Of a DNA stretch of 64,000 bases, positions 40,772 to 49,580 are shown piece by piece (within the stretch, counting starts at the first letter, position 1; each line of letters starts with the position of its first letter). Origin of the DNA: a bacterium (GTDB taxonomy: Bacteria > UBA8248); the NCBI GenBank assembly GCA_965207065.1, contig OZ242260.1:3808001-3872000 (forward strand), given 5' to 3'. A program made the position numbers and the translations under genes. Below the pieces are notes generated by a model, which was given only the letters and a program-made list of their open reading frames with translations, was not told where the DNA came from and ran no database searches.

Positions 40772-41092
40772 ATGAAACGCTTGGGGATAATCGGATTCAC
40801 GTTAGCCAGCTTCGCAGCCATGGCCACCAATGCCTTCGCCGCCGCAGCCGGCGATGCCGGAAGCGGTGAGGTTATGAAATGGAGAATGATCTCCTCGTCG
40901 TTCGCTCTGGCCATCGCCGCCGCAGCGGGCGCCTTCGCCCAGAGCAGGAGCATCGCCAGCGCCTTGGACGGCACGGCGCGCAACCCGGGAGCCGGCGGAG
41001 ATCTTCGCGTGTCGATGATCATCGGTCTCGCCTTAATCGAGTCCCTTGTCATTTATACGTTCGTAATCTGCCTCATCATCATCCTTGGCTAG
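40772..41092 (+). CDS. atpE: F0F1 ATP synthase subunit c with N-terminal extension
   Basis: ATG 40772 with an AGGAG RBS, ARNP loop and GLALIESLVIY. Confidence 0.96.
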   Translation: MKRLGIIGFTLASFAAMATNAFAAAAGDAGSGEVMKWRMISSSFALAIAAAAGAFAQSRSIASALDGTARNPGAGGDLRVSMIIGLALIESLVIYTFVICLIIILG

Positions 41093-41115
41093 ATAAACCA
41101 GCGCTCGCAAGACTC

Positions 41116-41143
41116 AAGGGGGGGCCGGACGGCTCCCCCTTTT
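41116..41143 (+). terminator. Rho-independent terminator after atpE
   Basis: G-rich arm ending ggcc, ggac loop, then ggctccccc followed by tttt. Confidence 0.75.
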
Positions 41144-41345
41144 CGCGTTGGCCGACGACGATTGTCTGGATACGCGTTCCCAGGATGTCCTGTTTACTGA
41201 AGCATTGAAAATATCTGCTTTTTCGATGCCGGCTGAGCCCCACTTGCCCTTCTCATCAAAACGCATAGAATCTACTCTCGCCCTGGAGAGCCATACGCAG
41301 CGAGACTCTCTTCTGGCCTTTAAATCGCGGGTGTTTATAAAGCCG

Positions 41346-41987
41346 ATGTGGGAAAACACAAAAACAAGAATCCCCGAGGCTACCGTCAACCGGTTGTCCA
41401 CCTACGCCCGCATTCTGGATCAGATAAAAAGCGAGGAGACCGAACTCATCGCGTCCGCCGACCTGGCACGGCAGTGCGGATTCAAGCCTGCGCAAATCAG
41501 GAAAGACCTTGCCTATTTCGGAGATTTCGGTGTCCGCGGGAAGGGCTATTACATCAAGGAGTTGAGGGATAATCTAAAAAAAATCCTGGGCGTAACGCAG
41601 ACATGGAAAGTCGTACTCGTCGGGGCGGGCCATCTCGGTTCGGCCCTATTGGCGTATAAAGGATTTCTGGCTCATGGCTTTGAAATCGACGCTGTTTTCG
41701 ACAAATTCCCTGAAAAAATACCCCCTCACCGGACCGGCTCTCACCCTGTTTTGGCGATGTCGGATTTGCATGAGGTCGTGAAAGAAAAACAAATCAAGAT
41801 CGGCATCATTGCGGTGCCGAGTGAAAGCGCGCAAAATGTAGGGACGGCTCTCGTGAATGCCGGCATAACCGGCATATTGAATTTCGCTCCCACCCAAATT
41901 CAAACGCCGCTCCACATAAAGGTGAAAAACGTGGATCTAGGCAGTGAACTGGAACATCTCTCATTTTATCTCTCAAAAAACCCTTGA
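41346..41987 (+). CDS. rex: Redox-sensing transcriptional repressor Rex
   Basis: IPEATVNRLSTY, QIRKDLAYFGDFGVRGKGY, VGAGHLG and ILNFAP motifs. Start set at ATG 41346. Confidence 0.95.
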   Translation: MWENTKTRIPEATVNRLSTYARILDQIKSEETELIASADLARQCGFKPAQIRKDLAYFGDFGVRGKGYYIKELRDNLKKILGVTQTWKVVLVGAGHLGSALLAYKGFLAHGFEIDAVFDKFPEKIPPHRTGSHPVLAMSDLHEVVKEKQIKIGIIAVPSESAQNVGTALVNAGITGILNFAPTQIQTPLHIKVKNVDLGSELEHLSFYLSKNP

Positions 41988-42001
41988 GGGGCCGCACCTG
42001 T

Positions 42002-42745
42002 ATGGATGACCCCCGCTATATCCTGGCCCTTGATACATCGACACCGAGAGGAAGGTGCTCTCTTTTATGCTCAACAGGATCCACCGAGGAAGAGGCGCTT
42101 CTCTCGGGAGAGGTTCGGATTTCCAGGACGCTATTGCCCCATGTGGAGCAACTTCTGAATTCAAGAAACATACCCGCCGATATGGTTCAGGCCGTCGGGG
42201 TGAGCATCGGCCCGGGGACGTTCACCGGACTGCGGGTGGGACTCTCTTGCGCAAAAGGGCTTTCTTTGGGCTGGGGCTGTCCGTTGTATGGATTTTCATC
42301 CCTGGAGATCATGGCTATGGCAGCGCTTTTGAATGAAATGCGCACGGGCCGCAACCTGCCCGATTACATTCTTCCCTATCGAGACGCCAGATACGGGGAG
42401 TTGTTCACCGCGTTGTTTCAAGTTTCCGGAAACCCAGAGTCATCACTGGGAAATCCCCTTTCCCGCGTCCGGGAGGATGAAATCATCGCACCCGTGGAGT
42501 TCCGCCTCCCGGAGGATGGAGACACGCTTCTCGCTGGGCAAAAAGAAGAATTGCCCGAAAGCCTTGCCATTGGCGCTTCACAAGGAGCGCTCAGGCACCA
42601 TGATATTGATTCATCGGCCGTTGCGACCGCATGGTTGACCCACAAGGCGCTAGAGAGCCGAACACCCCCGCATAGCGCCAACATATCTCTGAATTATTGC
42701 CGGAAATCACAGGCGCAAACCAAATGGGCCGACCCGAAGGGTTGA
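42002..42745 (+). CDS. tsaB: tRNA threonylcarbamoyladenosine biosynthesis protein TsaB
   Basis: ILALDTST, GPGTFTGLRVG, AKGL and DAR motifs. Confidence 0.9.
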   Translation: MDDPRYILALDTSTPRGRCSLLCSTGSTEEEALLSGEVRISRTLLPHVEQLLNSRNIPADMVQAVGVSIGPGTFTGLRVGLSCAKGLSLGWGCPLYGFSSLEIMAMAALLNEMRTGRNLPDYILPYRDARYGELFTALFQVSGNPESSLGNPLSRVREDEIIAPVEFRLPEDGDTLLAGQKEELPESLAIGASQGALRHHDIDSSAVATAWLTHKALESRTPPHSANISLNYCRKSQAQTKWADPKG

Positions 42746-42851
42746 TCCAAGCATCAACATTTCGTAGATTAAACGATTATTCACAGACACGAATACAACC
42801 AAAATGAGAGCCTGAAATTTTCACCATGGATACCCGGAAGGAGACTTTTCA

Positions 42852-43058
42852 TTGGAAGCAACTGAAAAAATGGAAGAAACTCTGAATGAAGACGATGAAC
42901 TCACACTATTGAAGAAAGAGCATTCCGTTTTGGATGAAAAGATTTTATCGCTTGAAGAAATTCGGTTTCCATCACCGGAAGAACAACAGCAGATAAAACG
43001 ACTCAAAAAAGAAAAACTCGCTATCAAGACACAATTGGAAAAGATGGAGAAATCTTAA
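42852..43058 (+). CDS. DUF465/YdcH-like small coiled-coil protein
   Basis: LKKEHSVLDEKI...IKRLKKEKLAIK pattern. GGAG RBS before TTG. Confidence 0.75.
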   Translation: MEATEKMEETLNEDDELTLLKKEHSVLDEKILSLEEIRFPSPEEQQQIKRLKKEKLAIKTQLEKMEKS

Positions 43059-43423
43059 AATTTCGGTGTTTCGCTCTCTGAAGTATGCTAGAGCCTTGAA
43101 ACAAAAGATTTTACGTTTTCATCCTTGACCAGAAGGAAAAACATGCAGTAATATCACGCGTCGTGTACTTGAGATATCGGGATGAATCACTCACCCGGGC
43201 TTTTCTGAGACGTATTCAGCGTTTTAGCACACGAATTATTATGGAAAACGGCCAAATGGGTCCGAAAAAGATGTTGTGGAATAAGGAGTCTGGCGTAAGA
43301 AGGGGGCGGTGTGCCCTCGTGCGCCGTCCCCTGATTTCTTCTTAACGACCCGCCGGCATCATCGGCGTTTTTCGGATCAACTTCATTGTCAGCGTGAGAA
43401 CAAGCTCAACTGGCAGAGAGGAA

Positions 43424-45208
43424 ATGGCCGTGGCGACCAAGGCGAAAAGCCAAACTACAAAACAACCTGCAAAACTGAAACCGAAGAAAATCTCTGGGGC
43501 CGAGATTATCTACCGCAGCCTTGAGCGCGAGGGCGTAAAGTACGTTTTCGGACATCCGGGCGCTATACTTCTTACGCTCCTGGACCTGTTTCTCGAGAGA
43601 AGCAAAATCAAGCATCTGCTGATCCGGCATGAGCAATGCGCCGCTCATATGGCCGAGGGTTATGCTCGCGCAAGTGGGACGGTAGGCGTATGCCTTACTA
43701 CATCCGGTCCGGGCGCTACGAATCTCATCACAGGCATCACAGATGCCTACATGGATTCCATTCCTATCGTATGCCTCACGGGGCAAGTCGCCACTACGAT
43801 GGTGGGCAACGACGCCTTTCAGGAAGCCGACATCGTCGGCATGACCAGAACCATCACCAAGCACAGCTATTTGGTTCAGAGCACGGATGATCTTGCGGAA
43901 ACAATCCAGGAGGCTTTCTACATCGCACGCACGGGAAGGCCCGGCCCGGTCCTCGTTGATTTGCCCAAAGACGTCCTCCTCGGTGATGGGTTCTACCAGA
44001 TTCCAGAGAAAGTGGATCTTCGCGGCTACAAGCCCACGACCAAAGGCCATCCCAGGCAAATCCAGCGCGTAGCCGAAGCCATAAAAGAATCCAAACAACC
44101 CCTTCTCTACGTGGGCGGTGGCGCCATTCATTCGGAAGCGAACAAGGAGATACTGAAACTCGCGGAAACGGCGGAGATTCCAGTCACATACACTCTTCTG
44201 GGAGCAGGTGCTTTCCCAAGCGCACATGAACTCTCTTTGGGAATGCTCGGCATGCACGGGACGGCATACGCCAACTACGCGACCATGGAGTGCGATTTGC
44301 TCATCGCCGTCGGCGCGCGGTTTGACGACCGCGTCACCGGCAAGGTCTCGGAATTCGCGACCCGGGCGAAAATCATCCATATCGACATTGACCCCACGGC
44401 CATCGGAAAAAACAAGGCAGCGGATATCCCGGTCGTCGGTGACGCGCGCCAAGTGCTCGCCGAGGTCAACAAACTCGTCAAGCCTCAAAAGCGCGCCTTG
44501 TGGAAAAAGCGGTTCCAGAATCTGAGATCGGAATATCCGCTTTCGTTCGACTCCCCCGAGGGTGCGCCGATCAAGCCGCAAGAGGCTATCGTCGCCTTGA
44601 GTGAGGAAGTGGGCGATAAAGCGGTCATCACCACCGAGGTTGGACAACACCAGATGTGGGCCGCCCAATTTTACAATTTCACCTTCCCTCGCCAGTTCAT
44701 CTCGTCCGGCGGCCTTGGAACCATGGGCTTCGGCTTTCCCGCGGCCATCGGCGCGGCGCTGGCAAGACCGGATAAGTTGGCCATCGACATTGCGGGAGAC
44801 GGAAGTTTTCAGATGGTGATGCAGGAAATCGCCACGGCCGTTCAATACGACATTCCCGTAAAAGTATTTTTGCTCAACAACGCCACGCTGGGCATGGTTC
44901 GTCAATGGCAGGACCTGTTTATGGATCGACGATTCAGCGAAGTGGATTTCGATTCCTCGCCTGATTACGTCAAACTAGCGGAAGCATTCGGCGCCAGTGG
45001 TCGCCGGATCGTAGACAAAGAAGAAATCAGACCCGCCATTCAGGAAATGATCAATACGCCGGGACCCTACATCCTGGACGTGATCGTCGACCCTGACGAA
45101 TTGGTGTTCCCGATGGTGCCCGCAGGCGGCGCGACAAAAGACATGATCGTGCGCGACAGCCGAAAAAAAGTACTTCAAGGCAAGCTCAGCGCCTTGCCTG
45201 ATAACTAG
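43424..45208 (+). CDS. ilvB: Acetolactate synthase large subunit (paralog 1)
   Basis: RHEQ, TSGPGATN, DAFQEAD, GRPGPVLVDLPKD, RFDDRVTG, VGQHQMWAAQ and GDGSF...LNN...GMVRQWQ motifs. Confidence 0.93.
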   Translation: MAVATKAKSQTTKQPAKLKPKKISGAEIIYRSLEREGVKYVFGHPGAILLTLLDLFLERSKIKHLLIRHEQCAAHMAEGYARASGTVGVCLTTSGPGATNLITGITDAYMDSIPIVCLTGQVATTMVGNDAFQEADIVGMTRTITKHSYLVQSTDDLAETIQEAFYIARTGRPGPVLVDLPKDVLLGDGFYQIPEKVDLRGYKPTTKGHPRQIQRVAEAIKESKQPLLYVGGGAIHSEANKEILKLAETAEIPVTYTLLGAGAFPSAHELSLGMLGMHGTAYANYATMECDLLIAVGARFDDRVTGKVSEFATRAKIIHIDIDPTAIGKNKAADIPVVGDARQVLAEVNKLVKPQKRALWKKRFQNLRSEYPLSFDSPEGAPIKPQEAIVALSEEVGDKAVITTEVGQHQMWAAQFYNFTFPRQFISSGGLGTMGFGFPAAIGAALARPDKLAIDIAGDGSFQMVMQEIATAVQYDIPVKVFLLNNATLGMVRQWQDLFMDRRFSEVDFDSSPDYVKLAEAFGASGRRIVDKEEIRPAIQEMINTPGPYILDVIVDPDELVFPMVPAGGATKDMIVRDSRKKVLQGKLSALPDN

Positions 45209-45220
45209 GAGGTTTCATTC

Positions 45221-46915
45221 GTGGAGCTCAATGGCTCGCAAATCCTTATCGAAGAGTTGAAAGCGGCAGGCATCGAGATGGCTTTCGGCATCCCGGGTGG
45301 CGCCATCATGCCTTTTTACGATGAGTTGATGAAGTCGGATTTCCCTCACATCCTCACACGGCACGAACAAGGAGCCGCGCACATGGCGGACGGGTACGCG
45401 CGCGTGAGCGGAAAAGTCGCCATCGTCGTCACTACGTCCGGCCCCGGGGCCACGAACCTCATTACCGGCCTCGCAAACGCGCAGATGGATTCCGTACCGC
45501 TCATCGCCATTACAGGACAAGTCGCGACCAATATGATAGGGACCGACGCCTTTCAGGAAGCCGATATGTACGGCTGCTCCATTCCGGTCACTAAATTCAA
45601 CTGGCTCATCAAGGATGTCAATGAAATTCAACACGTTACACGGGAAGCGATTCGCGTAGCGACGACGGGTCGACCCGGCCCCGTCCTGATCGATTTTCCT
45701 AAAGACATCCAAATCACCAAAACGGAATACACGCCGCGAGAATCCGCTGAATCCCCTCTTCCGGCTATCAGGGAATATCCCGAACTAGATACCGAAGGAA
45801 TCGACAAACTACTTGAAGCCATAGAGCGGGCCAAGCGACCTGTCATCATTGGCGGCGCCGGAATTATCAAGTCCGGGGCATCCACAGAACTAGTGAAATT
45901 CGCAAAAGCAGCAGGCATCCCGGTCATCAACACATTGCTGGGGCTCGGGGGTTTCCCGGGAACGGACGATCTCTTCCTCGGTATGCCGGGTATGCACGGC
46001 ACGGCCTACGCGAACTTTGCTCTTTGCGAGTGTGATTTGCTCATCAATCTCGGCGCCCGCTTCGACGACCGCGTGACTGGCAAGGTATCGAGTTTTTGCC
46101 CCAATGCGACCATCGCTCACGTCGACATCGACGACGCCGAGATCGACAAGCGAGTGCACACCCATATCCCGATACTCGGGAATGTACGGGACGTGCTTAT
46201 CGCACTCAACGAGCGCCTGACACCCAGAGATTACGATGAATGGCGGCAGACCTGGACGGACTGGAAGGAGAACTATCCCCTTCAATACGACTGGGACGGC
46301 TCCATCAAACCTCAGTACGTGATCGATCAGATTCAGGAAATTACCGAGGGTAACGGCATATACGTGACCGGTGTGGGCCAGCACCAGATGTGGGCGGCGC
46401 AGTTCATCCGCTTCAACGAGCCGAAGACCTGGGTGACTTCCGGCGGTCTCGGCACGATGGGCTTCGGTCTTCCCGCCGCCATCGGCGCTAAATTCGCCCG
46501 CCCGGAGAAAGACGTTTGGCTCATCGACGGCGACGGCAGTTTTGCGATGACGCTCGTCGAACTCGCCACGGCGGCAACATATAACGTCCCTGTGAAGGTC
46601 GCCATCCTGAACAATGCGTATCTGGGAATGGTCCGCCAGTGGCAGGAACTGTTCTTTGAGAAACGCTATTCGCATTCGCATTACCCGGAAAATCCCGATT
46701 TCGCCGCCATCGCAGAAGGCTATGGCGTAAAGGGCATCAACGTTACCGACGTGAATGAAGTGCGGAATTCCCTTGAGACGGCGGCCGAGCACGACGGGCC
46801 AGTGGTGTTGAATTTCCTTGTCAACAAGGAAGAAAACGTCTGGCCTATGGTTCCTGCCGGAGCCGGAAACGATGAAATGCAACTTGCACCCCCCTCCAGG
46901 GAAGCCAAATCATGA
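45221..46915 (+). CDS. ilvB: Acetolactate synthase large subunit (paralog 2)
   Basis: FGIPGGAI, RHEQ, TSGPGATN, RFDDRVTG and GDGSF...LNN..LGMVRQWQ motifs. GGAGG RBS before GTG. Confidence 0.93.
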   Translation: MELNGSQILIEELKAAGIEMAFGIPGGAIMPFYDELMKSDFPHILTRHEQGAAHMADGYARVSGKVAIVVTTSGPGATNLITGLANAQMDSVPLIAITGQVATNMIGTDAFQEADMYGCSIPVTKFNWLIKDVNEIQHVTREAIRVATTGRPGPVLIDFPKDIQITKTEYTPRESAESPLPAIREYPELDTEGIDKLLEAIERAKRPVIIGGAGIIKSGASTELVKFAKAAGIPVINTLLGLGGFPGTDDLFLGMPGMHGTAYANFALCECDLLINLGARFDDRVTGKVSSFCPNATIAHVDIDDAEIDKRVHTHIPILGNVRDVLIALNERLTPRDYDEWRQTWTDWKENYPLQYDWDGSIKPQYVIDQIQEITEGNGIYVTGVGQHQMWAAQFIRFNEPKTWVTSGGLGTMGFGLPAAIGAKFARPEKDVWLIDGDGSFAMTLVELATAATYNVPVKVAILNNAYLGMVRQWQELFFEKRYSHSHYPENPDFAAIAEGYGVKGINVTDVNEVRNSLETAAEHDGPVVLNFLVNKEENVWPMVPAGAGNDEMQLAPPSREAKS

Positions 46916-47415
46916 GACAAGTCTATTCTATTCTCGTTAACAACCACGCTGGCGTGCTTTCCCACGTAGCAGGCCTTTTCACGCGCCGTGGATACAACAT
47001 CGAAAGCATCGCCGCCGGACCGACGGAGGATGCCACGATAACGCGCATCGTCATCGTCGCCTTAGGCGAGGAAAACGAACTCGACCAGATCGCCAAACAA
47101 CTCCGCAAGCTCTACGACGTGCGAGAGGTTGAGCAAATCTCATACAACCAAGCCGTCACGCGCGAACTCGTTCTCGCGACAATCAAAGCGCCCATTAGCC
47201 AAAGAAGTGAAGTCATCCAACTCGCCAACGCCTTCGGCGCTCAGGTGATCAACATGACTGACGATACTGTAACCCTCGAAGCGAGCGGCAACGATCACAA
47301 GGTCAGAACCCTCCTCAAGGCGTTCGAGGGCTACGGAATATCGCAAATGGCGCGCACGGGAATGATTTCGCTGCCCTACGACGGCATGCCCGAAGATTGG
47401 GAGCCCATCGCATAA
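46912..47415 (+). CDS. ilvN: Acetolactate synthase small subunit (paralog 1)
   Basis: ACT domain NHAGVLSHVAGLFTRRGYNIESI and MARTG. ATGA overlap with ilvB paralog 2. Confidence 0.92.
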   Translation: MRQVYSILVNNHAGVLSHVAGLFTRRGYNIESIAAGPTEDATITRIVIVALGEENELDQIAKQLRKLYDVREVEQISYNQAVTRELVLATIKAPISQRSEVIQLANAFGAQVINMTDDTVTLEASGNDHKVRTLLKAFEGYGISQMARTGMISLPYDGMPEDWEPIA

Positions 47416-47936
47416 TGCCCAGAAATTCCAAGGACGATACACATACGATAGCGGTTTTGGTGGAGAACAAATTCGGCGTTCTCGCCAAGGTAGCGAGTCT
47501 TTTCAGCGCCCGCGGCTACAACATCGACAGCCTTTGCGTGGGGGTGACGCAGGACCCGAGCGTATCCCGAATCACTCTCGTCACGCGCGGAGACGAAAAA
47601 GTTCTCGAACAAATCAGAAAACACCTCAGCAAGCTCATCGACACCTTCAAGGTGATGGATATGGGCGAGTCGGACAGCGTCGAGCGTGAAATGATTCTCA
47701 TCAAGATTTCTGCTCCGAAAGCCGCGCGGCCGGAGATTTTTCAAATCATCGACGTTTTCCGGGGCCGCGTCGTTGATGTGTCCACAGATACCATCACCGT
47801 CGAAGTCACAGGAGACGAGGGAAAGATTCACGCCATATTGAATTTGCTCCAACCATTCGGCATCAAAGAGATCGCCCGCACAGGCAAGGTTGCACTCACC
47901 CGAGGGGCCAAAACCCTCAAGGGCGCAAAAAATTGA
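47415..47936 (+). CDS. ilvN: Acetolactate synthase small subunit (paralog 2)
   Basis: ENKFGVLAKVASLFSARGYNIDSL and EIARTGKVAL. TAATG overlap with the preceding gene. Confidence 0.92.
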   Translation: MPRNSKDDTHTIAVLVENKFGVLAKVASLFSARGYNIDSLCVGVTQDPSVSRITLVTRGDEKVLEQIRKHLSKLIDTFKVMDMGESDSVEREMILIKISAPKAARPEIFQIIDVFRGRVVDVSTDTITVEVTGDEGKIHAILNLLQPFGIKEIARTGKVALTRGAKTLKGAKN

Positions 47937-47939
47937 CCG

Positions 47940-48596
47940 ATGAGTGAAAGAGACAACTCCAGCAGACCATTCGTTGCGAGAGAGGGTTGGGGCTATGTTT
48001 CGGGTTTAATGGCCATCGGCCTCATTTCGATCCTCTTGGGTGGATGGATATGGGCGGTTCTTTTTTTTCTGCTTACCGCGGCTGTAGCCGGTTTTTTCAG
48101 GGACCCTCACCGCACCCCGCCTGATGAGCCGGGCGTTGTCTTATCTCCAGCGGATGGCCGGGTCGTGGAGGTCACCTCCACCGAAAATGGCGGAAGCGTG
48201 GTCCGGATTTTCCTCTCTCCTCTAGACGTTCATATCAACAGATCGCCCGTAGAGGGGAGAATATCGAGCATCCACTATCAAAAAGGTCGTTTCCTGGCTG
48301 CCTACAAAGAAGCCGCATCGAGCAACAATGAGCAAAATATACTGGAAATCGAGACGAACACAGGCGATAATTTCAGAGTAATTCAAATCGCCGGTGTACT
48401 GGCACGGCGGATTGTCTGCTGGACAAAAGCGGGAGATACAATATATGCGGGCGAACGCTTTGGGCTGATTCAGTTCGGCTCGCGAACAGATCTATATTTT
48501 CCGAAAGGTTTTGATATATCCGTAGAACAGGGTCAGCGAGTTCGCGGAGGAGAGACTATCGTTGGACGATCAAACCACCAGACAGCCACGGAATAA
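47940..48596 (+). CDS. psd: Phosphatidylserine decarboxylase proenzyme (short type)
   Basis: FFRDP, SPADG, IFLSPLDVHINRSP, QIAG..ARRI and FGS cleavage motif. Confidence 0.93.
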   Translation: MSERDNSSRPFVAREGWGYVSGLMAIGLISILLGGWIWAVLFFLLTAAVAGFFRDPHRTPPDEPGVVLSPADGRVVEVTSTENGGSVVRIFLSPLDVHINRSPVEGRISSIHYQKGRFLAAYKEAASSNNEQNILEIETNTGDNFRVIQIAGVLARRIVCWTKAGDTIYAGERFGLIQFGSRTDLYFPKGFDISVEQGQRVRGGETIVGRSNHQTATE

Positions 48597-49398
48597 ATTT
48601 GGTCGTCGTTCACGCAGAAGAAGACGCCGCTCAGGAAGGCGCTCTTTTCAGCGAGGGATATTCCTGGTTCCCAATCTGCTGACGACAGGCAGTCTTTTTG
48701 CCGGTTTCTATGCAATCGTCGCCTCTATACAGGGAAACTTCATCTGGGCCTCGCTGGCCATATTGTTGGCCATCGTCTTAGATGGGCTTGACGGCACTGT
48801 CGCCAGGTTGACGAAAAGCACGAGCGCTTTTGGGCTACAATACGACTCTTTGTGCGACCTGACGGCTTTCGGCATCGCACCTGCCGTTTTGATATATACC
48901 TGGCTCCTCGCCCCTTACGGGAGAATCGGCTGGCTGGCCACCTTCATATTCGCTGCTTGCGGCGCCTTGAGGCTGGCGCGCTTCAACGTGCTGGCGCAAG
49001 CGGGCAGCGGTTCCATGGATTTCCGTGGCCTGCCGATACCCGGGGCGGCGGGTGTCTTGGCATCCATCGTATACTTGGTTGAAGATTTTTCGATCAAGCC
49101 CCACGTCCCCCTCATCCTCATTGCGGCGCTCAGCTATGTTCTGGCATTCCTGATGGTGAGCACCATCCGCTACAAGAGTTTCAAGGATATAAGCGGACCG
49201 CTCAGGAGACCATTCCGCGTCCTCGTCGGCGCGGTGCTTGCTCTGTTCGTGGCGGCGGCGATTCCTCAGGTGGTCGCCTGTCTGGCTTTTGTCGGTTATG
49301 CTGCATCCGGCCCCTATGGAATGATAACGAGGTGGCAGAGAATAAAACGAGAGCGCGCCTCGGACAACCTCGAAGAAACACATCCGGAATCAACATAA
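48562..49398 (+). CDS. pssA: CDP-diacylglycerol--serine O-phosphatidyltransferase
   Basis: PNLLT, DGLDGTVARL, DSLCD, LRLARFN and GLPIP motifs. Start uncertain. Confidence 0.93.
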   Translation: MDDQTTRQPRNKFGRRSRRRRRRSGRRSFQRGIFLVPNLLTTGSLFAGFYAIVASIQGNFIWASLAILLAIVLDGLDGTVARLTKSTSAFGLQYDSLCDLTAFGIAPAVLIYTWLLAPYGRIGWLATFIFAACGALRLARFNVLAQAGSGSMDFRGLPIPGAAGVLASIVYLVEDFSIKPHVPLILIAALSYVLAFLMVSTIRYKSFKDISGPLRRPFRVLVGAVLALFVAAAIPQVVACLAFVGYAASGPYGMITRWQRIKRERASDNLEETHPEST

Positions 49399-49580
49399 CC
49401 CTTCCCGAAGCGCATCTCATACCGCTATAAACGGCTCGTATGATGAGACGTATCTCATCTTGTTCCTTATGCCCCCTGGATTGCGATCTCATCAAATTGG
49501 ATTCATAATCTATCCGACTCAAAACCGTTATAGAAAAGCTTAGCTCATCTGAAGTCAGAGACAGTTCCTAGTGATTCACG

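Noticed and set aside
39334-41092. F0 genes without atpF or F1 genes as a novel stand-alone channel
   Set aside because: Split atp operons with rex after atpE are common in Deltaproteobacteria-like lineages. The remaining genes are probably elsewhere.
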